Source of the DNA: Octopus vulgaris
Lineage: Eukaryota
Reading direction: 5' to 3'
Length of the DNA: 64,000 nt
NCBI GenBank assembly: GCA_951406725.2
Contig: OX597832.1
Coordinates: forward strand, 65,100,001 to 65,164,000
Below, piece by piece: positions 14,448 through 25,699 of this stretch. The position numbers were made by a program, and so were the translations under genes. The notes beneath the pieces are model-generated. The model did no database searches. It was not told the DNA's origin and saw only the letters and a list, made by a program, of their open reading frames with translations. Within the stretch, counting starts at the first letter, position 1. The number at the start of each line of letters is the position of its first letter.

Positions 14448-14704
14448 CAGCCTGCTCGCCGCCTCAGCCAGCTCACCGCCTCAGTCAGCTCGCCGCCTAT
14501 GTATTGGGTTGGCAACTAAGTTCCCGCCGTTTTTTAAAAAATCTATGATATACTTTGATACTTTGATAGGTTTCGGCCATTATTGGCCCAGGCCATGTCT
14601 AACTTAATAGCACCACCTGGTACTATTATATTATATATTATATACAGTTATATTTATATATGTATATATATGTACATATACAAACATCTATGTATATATA
14701 TATA

Positions 14705-15190
14705 TTTGGTTGGCAACTAGGTTCCCGCCGTTTTTTCTAAATTTTGGAATTTATTGCATTTTTAAATTTTGGAATCTATTTTTTTCGAGAATTCTATTTT
14801 TGAATCATTTTGAAATCTATTTTCTTCTTTTTTTCCCTAGTTAATTTTAGTTAATTTTTATTTTCAGATCATTAAAATGGAATGTCAAGTTAAAAACGAG
14901 CCTTTTCGACACCTCCTTCTTTTTGCTTTTAATCAAGGTTGTAAGGCCGCAAAAGCTGCTCGCGACATTTGTGCTGTGTATGGAGAGGGTGCCATAGCTG
15001 AAAGAACCGCTCGCGATTCGTGTGCCAAGTTCAAAAATGGAAATGTTGACGTCAAAGATTCACCTCGTTCTAGCCGTCCAGGTGAGTCCGAAAATTCTCG
15101 TCAAACGACAAGGGAACTGGCAGAGAAAATGGAATGCCCCCACACTGCTATAGAGAAGCATCTTCACTCGATGGGAACGGTTCAGAATTT
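14705..15190 (+). mobile_element. Mariner transposon 5' fragment (TIR plus N-terminal HTH of transposase), mellifera-type TIR
   Basis: TA followed by TIR tttggttggcaactaggttcccgccg. ORF 14877: FRHLLLFAFNQGCKAAKAARDICAVYGEGAI...FKNGNVDVKDSPRSSRP...RQTTRELAE, which is a mariner HTH region. Internally deleted and 3'-truncated. Confidence 0.85.
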
Positions 15191-15679
15191 TAAAGATTAT
15201 CGAAAAATATTTCTTTTGTTTTGCAAAGTATTCTTTCGACATCTGTTTCACTAACGCGTACTTAATTTTACAATACTTACAACTATCGAAACAAAATTTG
15301 AACACGCAAGCGTCACACCTTCGGAGACAATTTGAAATAGAAATTAAAAATTCAAACTGGTTCTTAAATGAATTAAATGTCTAGGGGAATATACGGAATC
15401 ATTGAGATGAAAACACAAAATGAAAGAAAAATTAGAAAAAATGAAAAAATATAAGACATGAACAAATGAGTGTGAATATAAGTTTTGAAGCTGTGCGTTG
15501 AATTATATATAATAGGTAGCTATTTGCTGCTGAACATCTGATTATTTCTCAGACAAAGGCAATGCTAGTTGTTTTAACAAATATAAACGATATATGGGGC
15601 TGCGTTCTTAAGGGTTACGAAGGAATGACAAGAGATGAAGGAATTATGAAAATAAAGAACATATTTATGTATCTCATTA

Positions 15680-16200
15680 TGAGTACATGGATATGAAGTG
15701 GACACATCGCATCACTAACACCAAAGTCCTCAACCGCGCGAAGATACCCAGTATATTTCCCCTGTTCCATCAGCGCCATCTGCGCTGGCTCGGTCATATG
15801 CATCGCATCCTGGACGGGAGGATCCTAAAAGACTTCCTGTATGGGGAATTTTCTACGGGCACAAGAGCACGAAGACAATCTCATCGTCATTTCCTGGACG
15901 TCTGCAAGAGAGATACGAAGTTGCTTGATCTGGAAGTCCTGAGATGGGAGGATGTCACAAAATATCGCCCACGCTGGAGACAGACACTGCAAAAGGGGAT
16001 GAGGCCAGGGGAAGAGAAACAAGAACATGCCACAAAAGGAAAGCGCATCCGTGGGAAGGAAAGCCATTAGATTCGGTTAAGAGCTCCTTCAGATGCAGTC
16101 ACTGTATATGTGACTGCTGCACCCATGTGATCCTCGACAGTCACAGCAGACACTACACGACAAAGACGATGAACACCACCACCACCACCACCACCACCAC
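15680..16200 (+). pseudogene. 3' fragment of an RTE-clade LINE (region C-terminal to RT)
   Basis: WTHRITNTKVLNRAKIPSI...LRWLGHMHRILDGRILKDFLYGE...DVCKRD...RPRWR, typical of RTE ORF C-termini, followed by a degenerate C2H2-like CSHC...HSRH and (ACC)n. Confidence 0.8.
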
Positions 16201-16300
16201 GACACGAGGCTGAGATGAGCAATCTTGATTTAGATGCACTGGGGATACATTTCTGCTCATACGGTATGTATAAATGTTTATAATTATGCACATTGAGTTA

Positions 16301-16363
16301 TGTCATACTGATGACGGTAAAGGAAGTTATATCCCTCAACTAGAAACCAATTGATCAATGGCT
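16301..16363 (+). ncRNA. Degenerate minimal hammerhead ribozyme-like motif
   Basis: gtcat-a-CTGATGA-cggt...act-a-GAAA-c-CAATTG-a-TC-a-atggc. Core strands and palindromic stem III are present, with mismatches at the helix bases. Confidence 0.35.
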
Positions 16364-16497
16364 AGACTTTTTATAAAATCTTTTTCTTTCATTTTCCTCG
16401 CTTTCAGCCCGTGTCTATGCGATAAATAAAGTAGATTTAGAGTAATTTGACATCTTCTTCTAGCATGTCGCTCTACCATGTGGCTGTTATAATAATA

Positions 16498-16537
<40 letters not shown>

Positions 16538-16824
16538 TGATGATGACGATGATGATGATTCAGATAGAATCGGGTACTTGAAAAGATATGCGTCAGATAG
16601 GGTTGGATAAACATGTGGTCCCCGCCTATGGATGATAAATATGAAATAGGATATTCCGGTCGTGTACACAGAGAAAACCAACTCTATCAGTATTTAGCGC
16701 CAAGGGGCTGGTCCAAACCACGCGTTACGTTAGTTGTACGTTGGCGCTATACTTCAGGGTGTCCGATATGTAAATTCCCTATGGTGATTATAATTGATTA
16801 CCCCCCACCACGCACACACACATG

Positions 16825-17159
16825 ATCTACCACACAATTGTTTGATTTCAATGGCTGCTGCTCCTGACTGTGACCTTGAAATGGTTGATCACGCATCTGC
16901 CTAGCATTTGTTCTCCAGCATGAAAAAACGATTTGACTGGGAACCAGTATCGTAGTGAGGATGATGTGATATCTGCTGTTGATGACTTTTTCGATCAACT
17001 AGATGAAAGGTTCTTCACCAATGTGATCCAAAGACTGCAACACCGATGGAGGAAATGTGTGGACAATAAAAAGGACAATTTTGAAAAATAAACCCTATTT
17101 GGACACAGCCCATCAGAATAGCTTCGTCAGCCTCTACGTTTTCAGCCGCCCCTCACATA
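16825..17159 (+). mobile_element. Mariner transposase C-terminal relic and right end (different family from 14705)
   Basis: Translates with a frameshift to HLFSSMKK...GNQYRSEDDVISAVDDFFDQLDERFFTNVIQRLQHRWRKCVD...FEK*, then a TIR-like ttttcagccgcccctca. Confidence 0.75.
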
Positions 17160-17594
17160 CAAAAACAATTATGCGTGCCTGGAACTGTAGATGTGTAAGC
17201 GTTCATGAGTAGGCAGGCATGTATTTATCTTTGTAAATCTGTCTTGTTCTTGTCCAAGAACAAAATGCCCACATACAAACACACATGTATATATACATTA
17301 CACACACGAACACACCTAGAAAGTAAACGCTTATATGTGCAAAAACACCCGTATTTTCTGCAACATTTAGCTAATTATCTTAATGATGATTGTTGGAACT
17401 AATGAATGAAATTAATGCCATCACGTTAGAACAGGCAGATGTCATATTCTTCACCTTATCTCTGCTGCTGTAAAAAAGAAAAAAATATAAATGCTTAAAG
17501 TTGAGTGGATGTACGCAATCTGCACATTCGCCATTATTAATTCACGCTAACAGTGACAGTGTGAGAAATAATGAATGAGAGAGATAGATTGCTG

Positions 17595-17651
<57 letters not shown>

Positions 17652-18753
17652 AGAAACCGAGAGAAAGAGAGTGAGAGAGAGAGAAGAAAAGAGTGATAGA
17701 GAGAAGAGGAGAAAAAGAGTGGCACGGAAACAGAGTAGCAGAGAGAAAGAAAAGGGATGGGAAAAAGAAAAGAGAAGACAAAATCAGAAAAAGAAAGTGA
17801 CAAAGTGGGAGAGAGAGAGAAAGAGAGAGAGAGTGAGTGAGTGAGAGAGAGAGAAAGAGAAAGAGAGAGGAGGAGAAGGAGAGAGCGTCGAAGGTACATA
17901 AAGTGTGTTAATTTGTGAATTCCGATAGCGAAGACTTTTCTTTAAATATAAAAGATTTATGAGGAAGGATTAAGAGAATAACAAAAACAATGATGACGGA
18001 AGATCACAAAAAGAAGAGAAAGGGGAAGGAAAGCACGAGGAAAGAATATAAAGTAAAAAGAAGAAGAAGAAGAAGAAGAAGAAGAAGAAGAAGAAGAAGA
18101 AGAAGAAGAAGGAGGAGGAGGAGGAGGAGAAATATGAGAAGACGTAGAAAAGAACAAGTGTGAAAATTCGGAAAACCGTTTCATAAAATTGAGTACATAA
18201 ATACCTAAACAGGTTTATTACAATGAACTTAAAAGCGGTTTATAAATGAAACTTATACGTAATCTCTCACACTTACAAGGCAAATATATTAACTTGCTGG
18301 ATCTCTCACACTTACAAGGCAAATATATTAACTCGCTGGATCTCCGTCGTATTTGAAGACGATTTTCTCGGTTGTTCTCCAAAACTTTTTTATTAGTTTT
18401 AATGTGAGTGGCTCGAATATTGCACAGAAGTTATACCTTCAAGGAAACTTAAGAGGCTATGAACGGGTGCAGTGAAGTAGAATGTGTAGATCTTTGAATT
18501 ACTTGCTACAGCGCCACAAATGGACACCCAAAGATTTAATGTCAAACAATTTTCTGTCACAGAGCTTGTAGTGGGACCACATTTCTGCACTGACTTGAAC
18601 ATACATACATACATACATACATACATACATACATACATACATACATGCATACATACATACATACATACACACATACTCACATACATGCGTTTGTATGTGT
18701 ATATATATATATATAAATATATATATAAACAAAGGGAGAGAGATATGTAAGTG

Positions 18754-18788
<35 letters not shown>

Positions 18789-19014
18789 AAGCGTATACAC
18801 ATGCATACACTTGCATATGTATACTTTACGTGTGTGTATATATATATCTATATAAACATACACATAGGAAGCGAAGTATAGTATTTATATAGGTGTATAT
18901 ATGTGCGTACATGTGTGTGACTTTGTGTGTGTATTATATATATATTATAGAGAGAGATGTATGCATGAGAATATATATATATATGAATGTATAAATTTAA
19001 ATATATATATATAT

Positions 19015-19538
19015 AGGCAGTTTTTACATGCCAGAAGAAGAAGTGAAAACGACCAAAACTACACTGAAGAACAATCTTCAAAAGGAATGAAAAAATAATG
19101 ACTTTTACTTTGTTATATATTCCGCTCAGACCTAGGTTTCTAAATAGTTTTAGCAAATAAAATAATTTGCTAGGCGAATTTTTCTTCAGTGACTGCACCA
19201 TGATAGGAGACGATTAACACGTGTCTCTTCGTTATACATTATAATTTTTCAAATTCACATTATAATTTTTCAAATTCACAGCGCAAGCGCAGTTTCATTC
19301 GGCAGTAAATGATTAACTACCGAATTAATCTTTTAAAAATTGCTAGAAACATATGCGTAAAATATATACAGGTTAGTGAGATTTTTGACTGCTTCTTCTA
19401 GCGTGTAAAAACTGTCTGTTTATGGCAGTTTTCTCTTGTGTTTAAATGTACACTATTATATATTGAGAATATGTTGTCGATTGACTTTTTATACATGCTA
19501 GGCCTCTGGTAGTGACATTTCTAAAAAAAAACTCACAG

Positions 19539-19541
<3 letters not shown>
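19015..19541. mobile_element. Penelope-like non-autonomous insert in (TA)n with inverted arms and a one-sided tail
   Basis: 19015-19049 is the reverse complement of 19383-19417 (30/35 by eye). Tail 19418-19541. Contains a hammerhead motif. (TA)n on both sides. Confidence 0.6.
19124..19196 (-). ncRNA. Type I hammerhead ribozyme motif
   Basis: Minus strand: tca-CUGAAGA-a-aaat...uagcaaau/auuugcua...auuu-a-GAAA-CCUAGG-UC-uga. Palindromic stem III and GUC triplet; stem I is short. Confidence 0.6.
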
Positions 19542-19634
<93 letters not shown>

Positions 19635-19914
19635 TGTATAATTAATTAATAAGGGTGAGAGAATTAGATACTAATTTAATAGTATATCTATTCAACACCA
19701 AGTGGCCTAGTGCTCCGAGAAACCTGGATTATTATAATATTTTATAACATATTATAATATTTTTACAAAATAAATATAAGAGAGTGGTCACTATATGGCT
19801 CACTCTAGCACCAGTTAATCCAAAAGGTTTCAACCACGAAAATACATGTTTCCCATGAAAGTCAGTACGATTGTTAGCTCACACGGACAGGGCAAATAAA
19901 AAATAACAAAAATA

Positions 19915-20011
19915 CAGATTATTTTGGGACAATTGTTTCGCTATTAATGAATTAAATGTAATTTTACTTACAAAAAAAATCCATTTGTAGCTCGTCAGCC
20001 AAAACTATCTG
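19915..20011 (-). ncRNA. Type I hammerhead ribozyme, copy 1
   Basis: Minus strand uuuugg-CUGACGA-gcua...uagc-GAAA-CAAUUG-UC-ccaaaa. Predicted cleavage between 19928 and 19927. Confidence 0.8.
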
Positions 20012-20450
20012 GATGAAATCCACTCAATCACACGCCAGATTTTACCATAACGATAAATACGCGTGTGGTTCAATTGATTACATCCGACGTTATAATTCAA
20101 ATGCCCCAACTAACAGCGCGCCAAACTTTCACGGAAAACAAATACAGCATTTAGAAATAAATGCAGCATAATTATAATTAATTAATAAGGGTGAGAGAAT
20201 TAGATACTAATTTAATAGTATATCTATTCAACACCAAGTGGCCTAGTGCTCCGAGAAACCTGGATTATTATAATATTTTATAACATATTATAATATTTTT
20301 ACAAAATAAATATAAGAGAGTGGTCACTATATGGCTCACTCTAGCACCAGTTAATCCAAAAGGTTTCAACCACGAAAATACATGTTTCCCATGAAAGTCA
20401 GTACGATTGTTAGCTCACACGGACAGGGCAAATAAAAAATAACAAAAATA

Positions 20451-20547
20451 CAGATTATTTTGGGACAATTGTTTCGCTATTAATGAATTAAATGTAATTT
20501 TACTTACAAAAAAAATCCATTTGTAGCTCGTCAGCCAAAACTATCTG
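20451..20547 (-). ncRNA. Type I hammerhead ribozyme, copy 2
   Basis: Same motif 536 nt away. Predicted cleavage between 20464 and 20463. Confidence 0.8.
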
Positions 20548-20752
20548 GATGAAATCCACTCAATCACACGCCAGATTTTACCATAACGATAAATACGCGT
20601 GTGGTTCAATTGATTACATCCGACGTTATAATTCAAATGCCCCAACTAACAGCGCGCCAAACTTCCAATTATAACGTCGGATGTAATCAATTGAACCACA
20701 CGCGTATTTATCGTTATGGTAAAATCTGGCGTGTGATTGAGTGGATTTCATC

Positions 20753-20849
20753 CAGATAGTTTTGGCTGACGAGCTACAAATGGATTTTTTTTGTAAGTAA
20801 AATTACATTTAATTCATTAATAGCGAAACAATTGTCCCAAAATAATCTG
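20753..20849 (+). ncRNA. Type I hammerhead ribozyme, copy 3 (in the inverted arm)
   Basis: Stem I ttttgg/ccaaaa, extendable with cagat/atctg. CTGACGA at 20766-20772. Stem II gcta/tagc, aatggatt/aattcatt, tgtaa/ttaca. GAAA at 20825-20828, palindrome CAATTG, GTC at 20834-20836. Confidence 0.8.
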
Positions 20850-21027
20850 TATTTTTGTTATTTTTTATTTGCCCTGTCCGTGTGAGCTAACAATCGTACT
20901 GACTTTCATGGGAAACATGTATTTTCGTGGTTGAAACCTTTTGGATTAACTGGTGCTAGAGTGAGCCATATAGTGACCACTCTCTTATATTTATTTTATA
21001 TATGCATGTATATATATTTAAGTTTAA

Positions 21028-21078
21028 TTTGTCAAAATATTTTCGTCGCTTTAAGACTGCGACCTGTTCACTGACAAA
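21028..21078 (-). ncRNA. Minimal hammerhead fold with swapped G3-C8 core (GUGAACA)
   Basis: Minus strand uuuguca-GUGAACA-g-gucgc-agucuuaaa-gcgac-GAAA-AUAU-UU-ugacaaa. Perfect 7-bp stem I, perfect 5-bp stem II, palindromic AAAAUAUUUU stem III. Confidence 0.6.
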
Positions 21079-21192
21079 AATCCGTGCTTTTGCGTGTTTC
21101 TTAAATGGCTTACAAACACCTTCCACGCTGCAATTGTTTTCGTATCAGCACACGATCTCAGATCAAATCACTTGCTATGCAAGTACATCTCC

Positions 21193-21268
<76 letters not shown>

Positions 21269-21295
21269 ATGTATATATATATATGTATATGTATG

Positions 21296-21346
<51 letters not shown>

Positions 21347-21356
21347 TATATCTATA

Positions 21357-21514
21357 TATCTATACAATAATATGTTACATTACTCGATAGTCAAGATGAA
21401 ACTCAGAGTTTTATCTTGACTATCGAGTAATGTAACATATTATTGTATAGATAAATTTCCTCTATTTACATAATATTGTGGTCTTTTTCTTTCTTTTGTT
21501 ATCTTACCGTTGTA

Positions 21515-21516
<2 letters not shown>
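21357..21516. mobile_element. Fold-back insert in (TA)n: 48-bp arms, 1-nt loop, ~63-nt tail
   Basis: 21357-21404 is the reverse complement of 21406-21453 (1 mismatch). Tail 21454-21516. Confidence 0.75.
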
Positions 21517-21552
<36 letters not shown>

Positions 21553-22168
21553 TGTATTTCTATATACATTTACATACATGCACATACACACACACACTCA
21601 TGTATAAATATATAAATTTATGTGTACACACGCAGACACAGAGATGCACCACAAACACACAGACACAGACACACACACTCACACACATATATACATACAT
21701 ATATGTATTATACATGCACACACACATACTGATAAACACACAGAGGTAAAGAATGCTTTATGTGTGATGCTGTGAGCTTTCATCTGGTTATTCAATAATT
21801 CCATGTGAAAATTGGTGCGGAATGTGCGAGAGATTAATTAAAAGTTGGCATGTAGGAACTGAAGAAGAAATAAATCATTAAAATATTTCGTTTCTGCTAA
21901 CAGAACCGAAAGAAAAAATATTATTCTCTGTACAAAAGTCAAAATGGTGTCACTATTCTCCACTTCATTTGGTATTCTTGCTTTCTTTTTCTCTTTTTCG
22001 TTCTTGCAATTCTGTTCTGCTTTTTGTCATTTCTGAATGTGCTTTTCTTGCCCACACACTCGCGCGCACACACACATATCGATATATCGAAAATGTATGT
22101 ATGCATATATATACACAGACACATATATAGACACATACACGCACACACACACACACATATATATATAG

Positions 22169-22231
<63 letters not shown>

Positions 22232-22271
22232 CATATACATGCATACGTATATGCCTATATATATATATATG

Positions 22272-22323
<52 letters not shown>

Positions 22324-22444
22324 CATACATATATCTATCTATATATATATATATAAAGCACGCATACTTGTCCGCGTTTGTGCGCGCGTGTGTGTGTGCA
22401 TGCTTGCGAGTGCGTTTTTTTGTCTGTGTGTATATGTTTGTGTA

Positions 22445-22485
<41 letters not shown>

Positions 22486-23114
22486 GTCTGTGTGTGTGTG
22501 TCTTAGTGTTCGTGCTGATAGGTTTGTACTTCCTATTCTCTTCATTGTTGTTTTTTGCATTTCTATTGATTTCGTTGTTTCCTTCTTTCTCCTTTTCTTT
22601 CTTCTGAATGGTCTTCCGTTCTCTTATTTTTCTTTTCTCCGCTGTATATTAAGCAAATTCATCAGGTTTTGCATTTCATGTCACTCTCATTTCTTATAAT
22701 TATAACTGTAATTATAAATACATGACGATGATTATGATCACAATGATATTATATGACAATAATAATTACAGTAATAATAATAACAGCAGCAACAATAAAT
22801 TAACGGTAACATATCTTTAGAAAAAGTAATATCGAACAAGAAGACCTAATAAAAATTGTCAATAGTTTTAGTATTGCCGTAAAATTGAGTATGAAGTGAA
22901 GATTATGTTGTTAGACAAATGTGCGAAATCGACTTTAAGAAATGGCAGAGTAACTAGCACCGAGAAAATTATAATATATCTCGACATTAAAATCGGAGAC
23001 TTAAGTCCACAGTCGCACATACAAATACCTTGATACAGACAAAATACCTAAAATATAGCACGGAATGTCAAAAAGAATGTTTATAGTGAATACTATAGAA
23101 AAGTTGACTAATAT

Positions 23115-24700
23115 CACTGTGCAACACTCAAAAAAGTACAAGAGATCTGTGGCCATTTTTATATTCAAAATGACATGGGGAATCCATTTCTGGCCTTCTT
23201 TTTGTTGAATTAGGTATGCTTTCTACAGAATTGTCAGTTTATAACATTTTTGTCATTAATATTAAATAAAATTCTCTACCGCATTGTAAGATTGGTTTCA
23301 ACCCAGGGCTAGAGACCAATCTTAGTAACACCTACAATATGATTCAAATCTTGTGTTTAATGTTATGTGTTATCTTTCAGATCTTATTTGTTTTCAACAA
23401 TAAGTGCAAGGCAGTGCCAAAATGATCCAAACAGATTCTGTTATATCTGTGGGAAATCGACTTTTGCTAAAGAAAAGCGCAGTATTACACGCCATATCAA
23501 GAAAATATACAAGGCGTACTTCGATTGTTACTTAGGAGACCAGGATAAGTCGTGGGCTCCTCATGTGTGTTACCTTATATGTGTGAAAACATTGTGTGCC
23601 TGCTATGCAGGAAAAAATGATCACATGAAGTTTGGTGTGCAAATGATTTGGCTTGAGCAGAGAGATCACTCTAATGATTGCTATTTCTGTCAACATAACT
23701 TTACCGGCTGTACTACAGCAAAGCAAAAGAAACACATTGTTTAACCCAAATTTGCAATCAGCAATGAGCCCTGTTGAGCACTCAGAAAATTTACCTGTGC
23801 CCAAACCTCCAGATCAAGAAATGCAGAGTTTCAGCAGTGCTGATGAACATTCCAGTGGTGAATGTGTGGTGCCCAATGATCCAGAAAGCGAGAATAAACC
23901 AATACCATTTTCTCAAGAGGCTCTAAATGACTTGTGCAGGGATCTCTCTTTCACCAAAGAGAAAGGTGAGTTTCTGTCATCAAGGCTTCAAGAACGTAAT
24001 CTTCTTGAGAAAGGTGTGAAGATAACACTGTACAGAAAACGTACAGAAGATCTGCTTACATTATTCCCCATGAAGGATAACTTATGCTTTTGTAATGACA
24101 TCACTCAACTTTTTGAGCAACTGGAAATACCATATGATAAAACCAACTGGCGACTTTTCATAGATACATCGAAGGACAGCATCAAAGCTGTTCTGCTACA
24201 CAATGGTAACACTCTGTCTTCTGTTCCCATAGCTTCTAGCACAACCATGAAATCATCATATGAAAATCTGAAAGCAATTCTAACAAGCATACAGTATGAT
24301 CACCATACCTGGCATATTTGTGCAGATTTTAAGGCTGTGGCCATGCTTACTGTATTTCAGCTTGGCTATACTTAATTTTGCTGCTTCCTGTGTTTCTAGA
24401 ATTCCAGAGCAAGAGCCGAACATTATGTACGCAAGGAGTGGCCGATCCGAGATGAAATTGAGCGAAAACCACTTGTGAAAAGTGATAGAATTATTTTTTT
24501 CCCATCTTTGCATATTAAACTTGGTTTGTTTAAGCAATTTGTGAAAGCCTTGGAAAAGGAATCCTCCGCATTTGCATATCTTTCAGAAAAGTTCCCTTCC
24601 CTGAGTCAAGCTAAAATTAAAGGTTTCTTCATAGGTCTCCAAATTCGAAAAATTGTATTCGATGAAGCCTTCATCACACATCTCAAGAGAAAAGAGAATC
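23115..24700 (+). mobile_element. Chapaev3-like (CMC superfamily) DNA transposon, disrupted and 3'-truncated
   Basis: CACTG terminus at 23115. Peptides CQNDPNRFCYICG, WAPHVC, DHSNDCYFC, LNDLCRDL, WRLFIDTSKDSIKAVLLHNGN, WHICADFK, LHIKLGLFKQFVKAL across frameshifted ORFs 23367-24700. Family assignment is from recall. Confidence 0.75.
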
Positions 24701-24889
24701 TTTTCAGTCGATCGCTGAAAAGGTTATTTCTGTGTATCTTCGCATTTATTTGTATGTATCTGGCGTTATACGTCGTGGTTTCTATTTTGAAAAAAAAAAC
24801 AAAACAAAAAAACGTGTGCATACGTCTGTGTCTACGATGCGTAACTTTTCTATTATATGCATATAATTTGCATAAATATATGTATTAAA

Positions 24890-25141
24890 GGAGGGTTCCG
24901 TCGGTTACGATGACGAGAGTCCCAGCCAATACGATCAATGGAACAGCTTGCTCCTGAAATTAATGTGCAAATGACTGAGCAATCCACAGACACGCGTTCT
25001 CGAGGATATTCAACGTGACCCAGAATGGGACAAGGTTGGCCCTTTGAAATACAGCTACTTCTCATTTTTGCCAGCTGGATGGATTGGAGCAACGTGAAAT
25101 AAAGTGTCTTGCTCAATGACAGAACGCGTCGCCGGGAATTG
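24890..25141 (-). mobile_element. Diverged SINE related to family B
   Basis: ccgtcggttacgatgacgag...ggaacagcttgctcctgaaattaatgtgcaa...tccacagacacg, shared with the 11833 copy. Confidence 0.75.
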
Positions 25142-25249
25142 AAGTTATTTATAACTTATATAAGTCTAAATTACGCAAAATGGAAATAACACAAACATGC
25201 CATTTTAACAGATATATTTACCAAAATTACGTAAAAATATCTAAAGAGT

Positions 25250-25685
25250 AAATTCATTCAACACAATCGTCATTAGCCTCAACCATAGCCATTAGACGCC
25301 TTCGGAAATTTCCGCAACTCTTCTGGGCGGTCTCTCTGTTTAAGTAGGTGAATGCTGCCATAATACTTATCTTCAGTTCATCTTTAGTGTAAGAAGGAGT
25401 TTTGTTGGTCACTCGTTTAAATGCTCCGCACACATAATCAAAGGAGTTGCAGTCTGGGGAGTTAGGTAACCAGGTGTTAGGGGTGATATGGTCATAAAAA
25501 ATTTCTGACAGCCATGACTGGTAATTCCTGTTTGTGTGGCATTGTGCAGAGTCCTGTTGCCAGATATAGGGCCTTCCACAGCCTCTATATTGAATCTGAA
25601 GCCGTGTGGAAAGATGAATGGTGGCATAACATCGCCATCACTAGGGATCACTCCAAAAATATGATGTTGACTGGTTGTTTGATTT
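25250..25685 (-). pseudogene. Tc1/mariner-superfamily transposase C-terminal relic (DD37D/maT-like)
   Basis: Minus-strand peptides SDGDVMPPFIFP, QQDSAQCH, WLPNSPDCNSFDY, FRRRLMAMVEA across frameshifts. Confidence 0.7.
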
Positions 25686-25699
25686 TCATATATATATAT

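Larger units (their letters stand above)
19637..20997 (-). mobile_element. Penelope-like/retrozyme-like element: 536-bp tandem unit (about 1.9 copies) plus 331-bp inverted copy, in (TA)n
   Basis: 19637-20128 repeats at 20173-20664 (period 536). 20667-20997 is the reverse complement of 20303-20633 with a 33-nt spacer. No ORF; a hammerhead in each copy. Confidence 0.85.

Noticed and set aside
18262-18343. 39-bp tandem duplication (similar small ones at 19236-19277 and ~44800-44837)
   Set aside because: Ordinary slippage-type duplications with no further structure.
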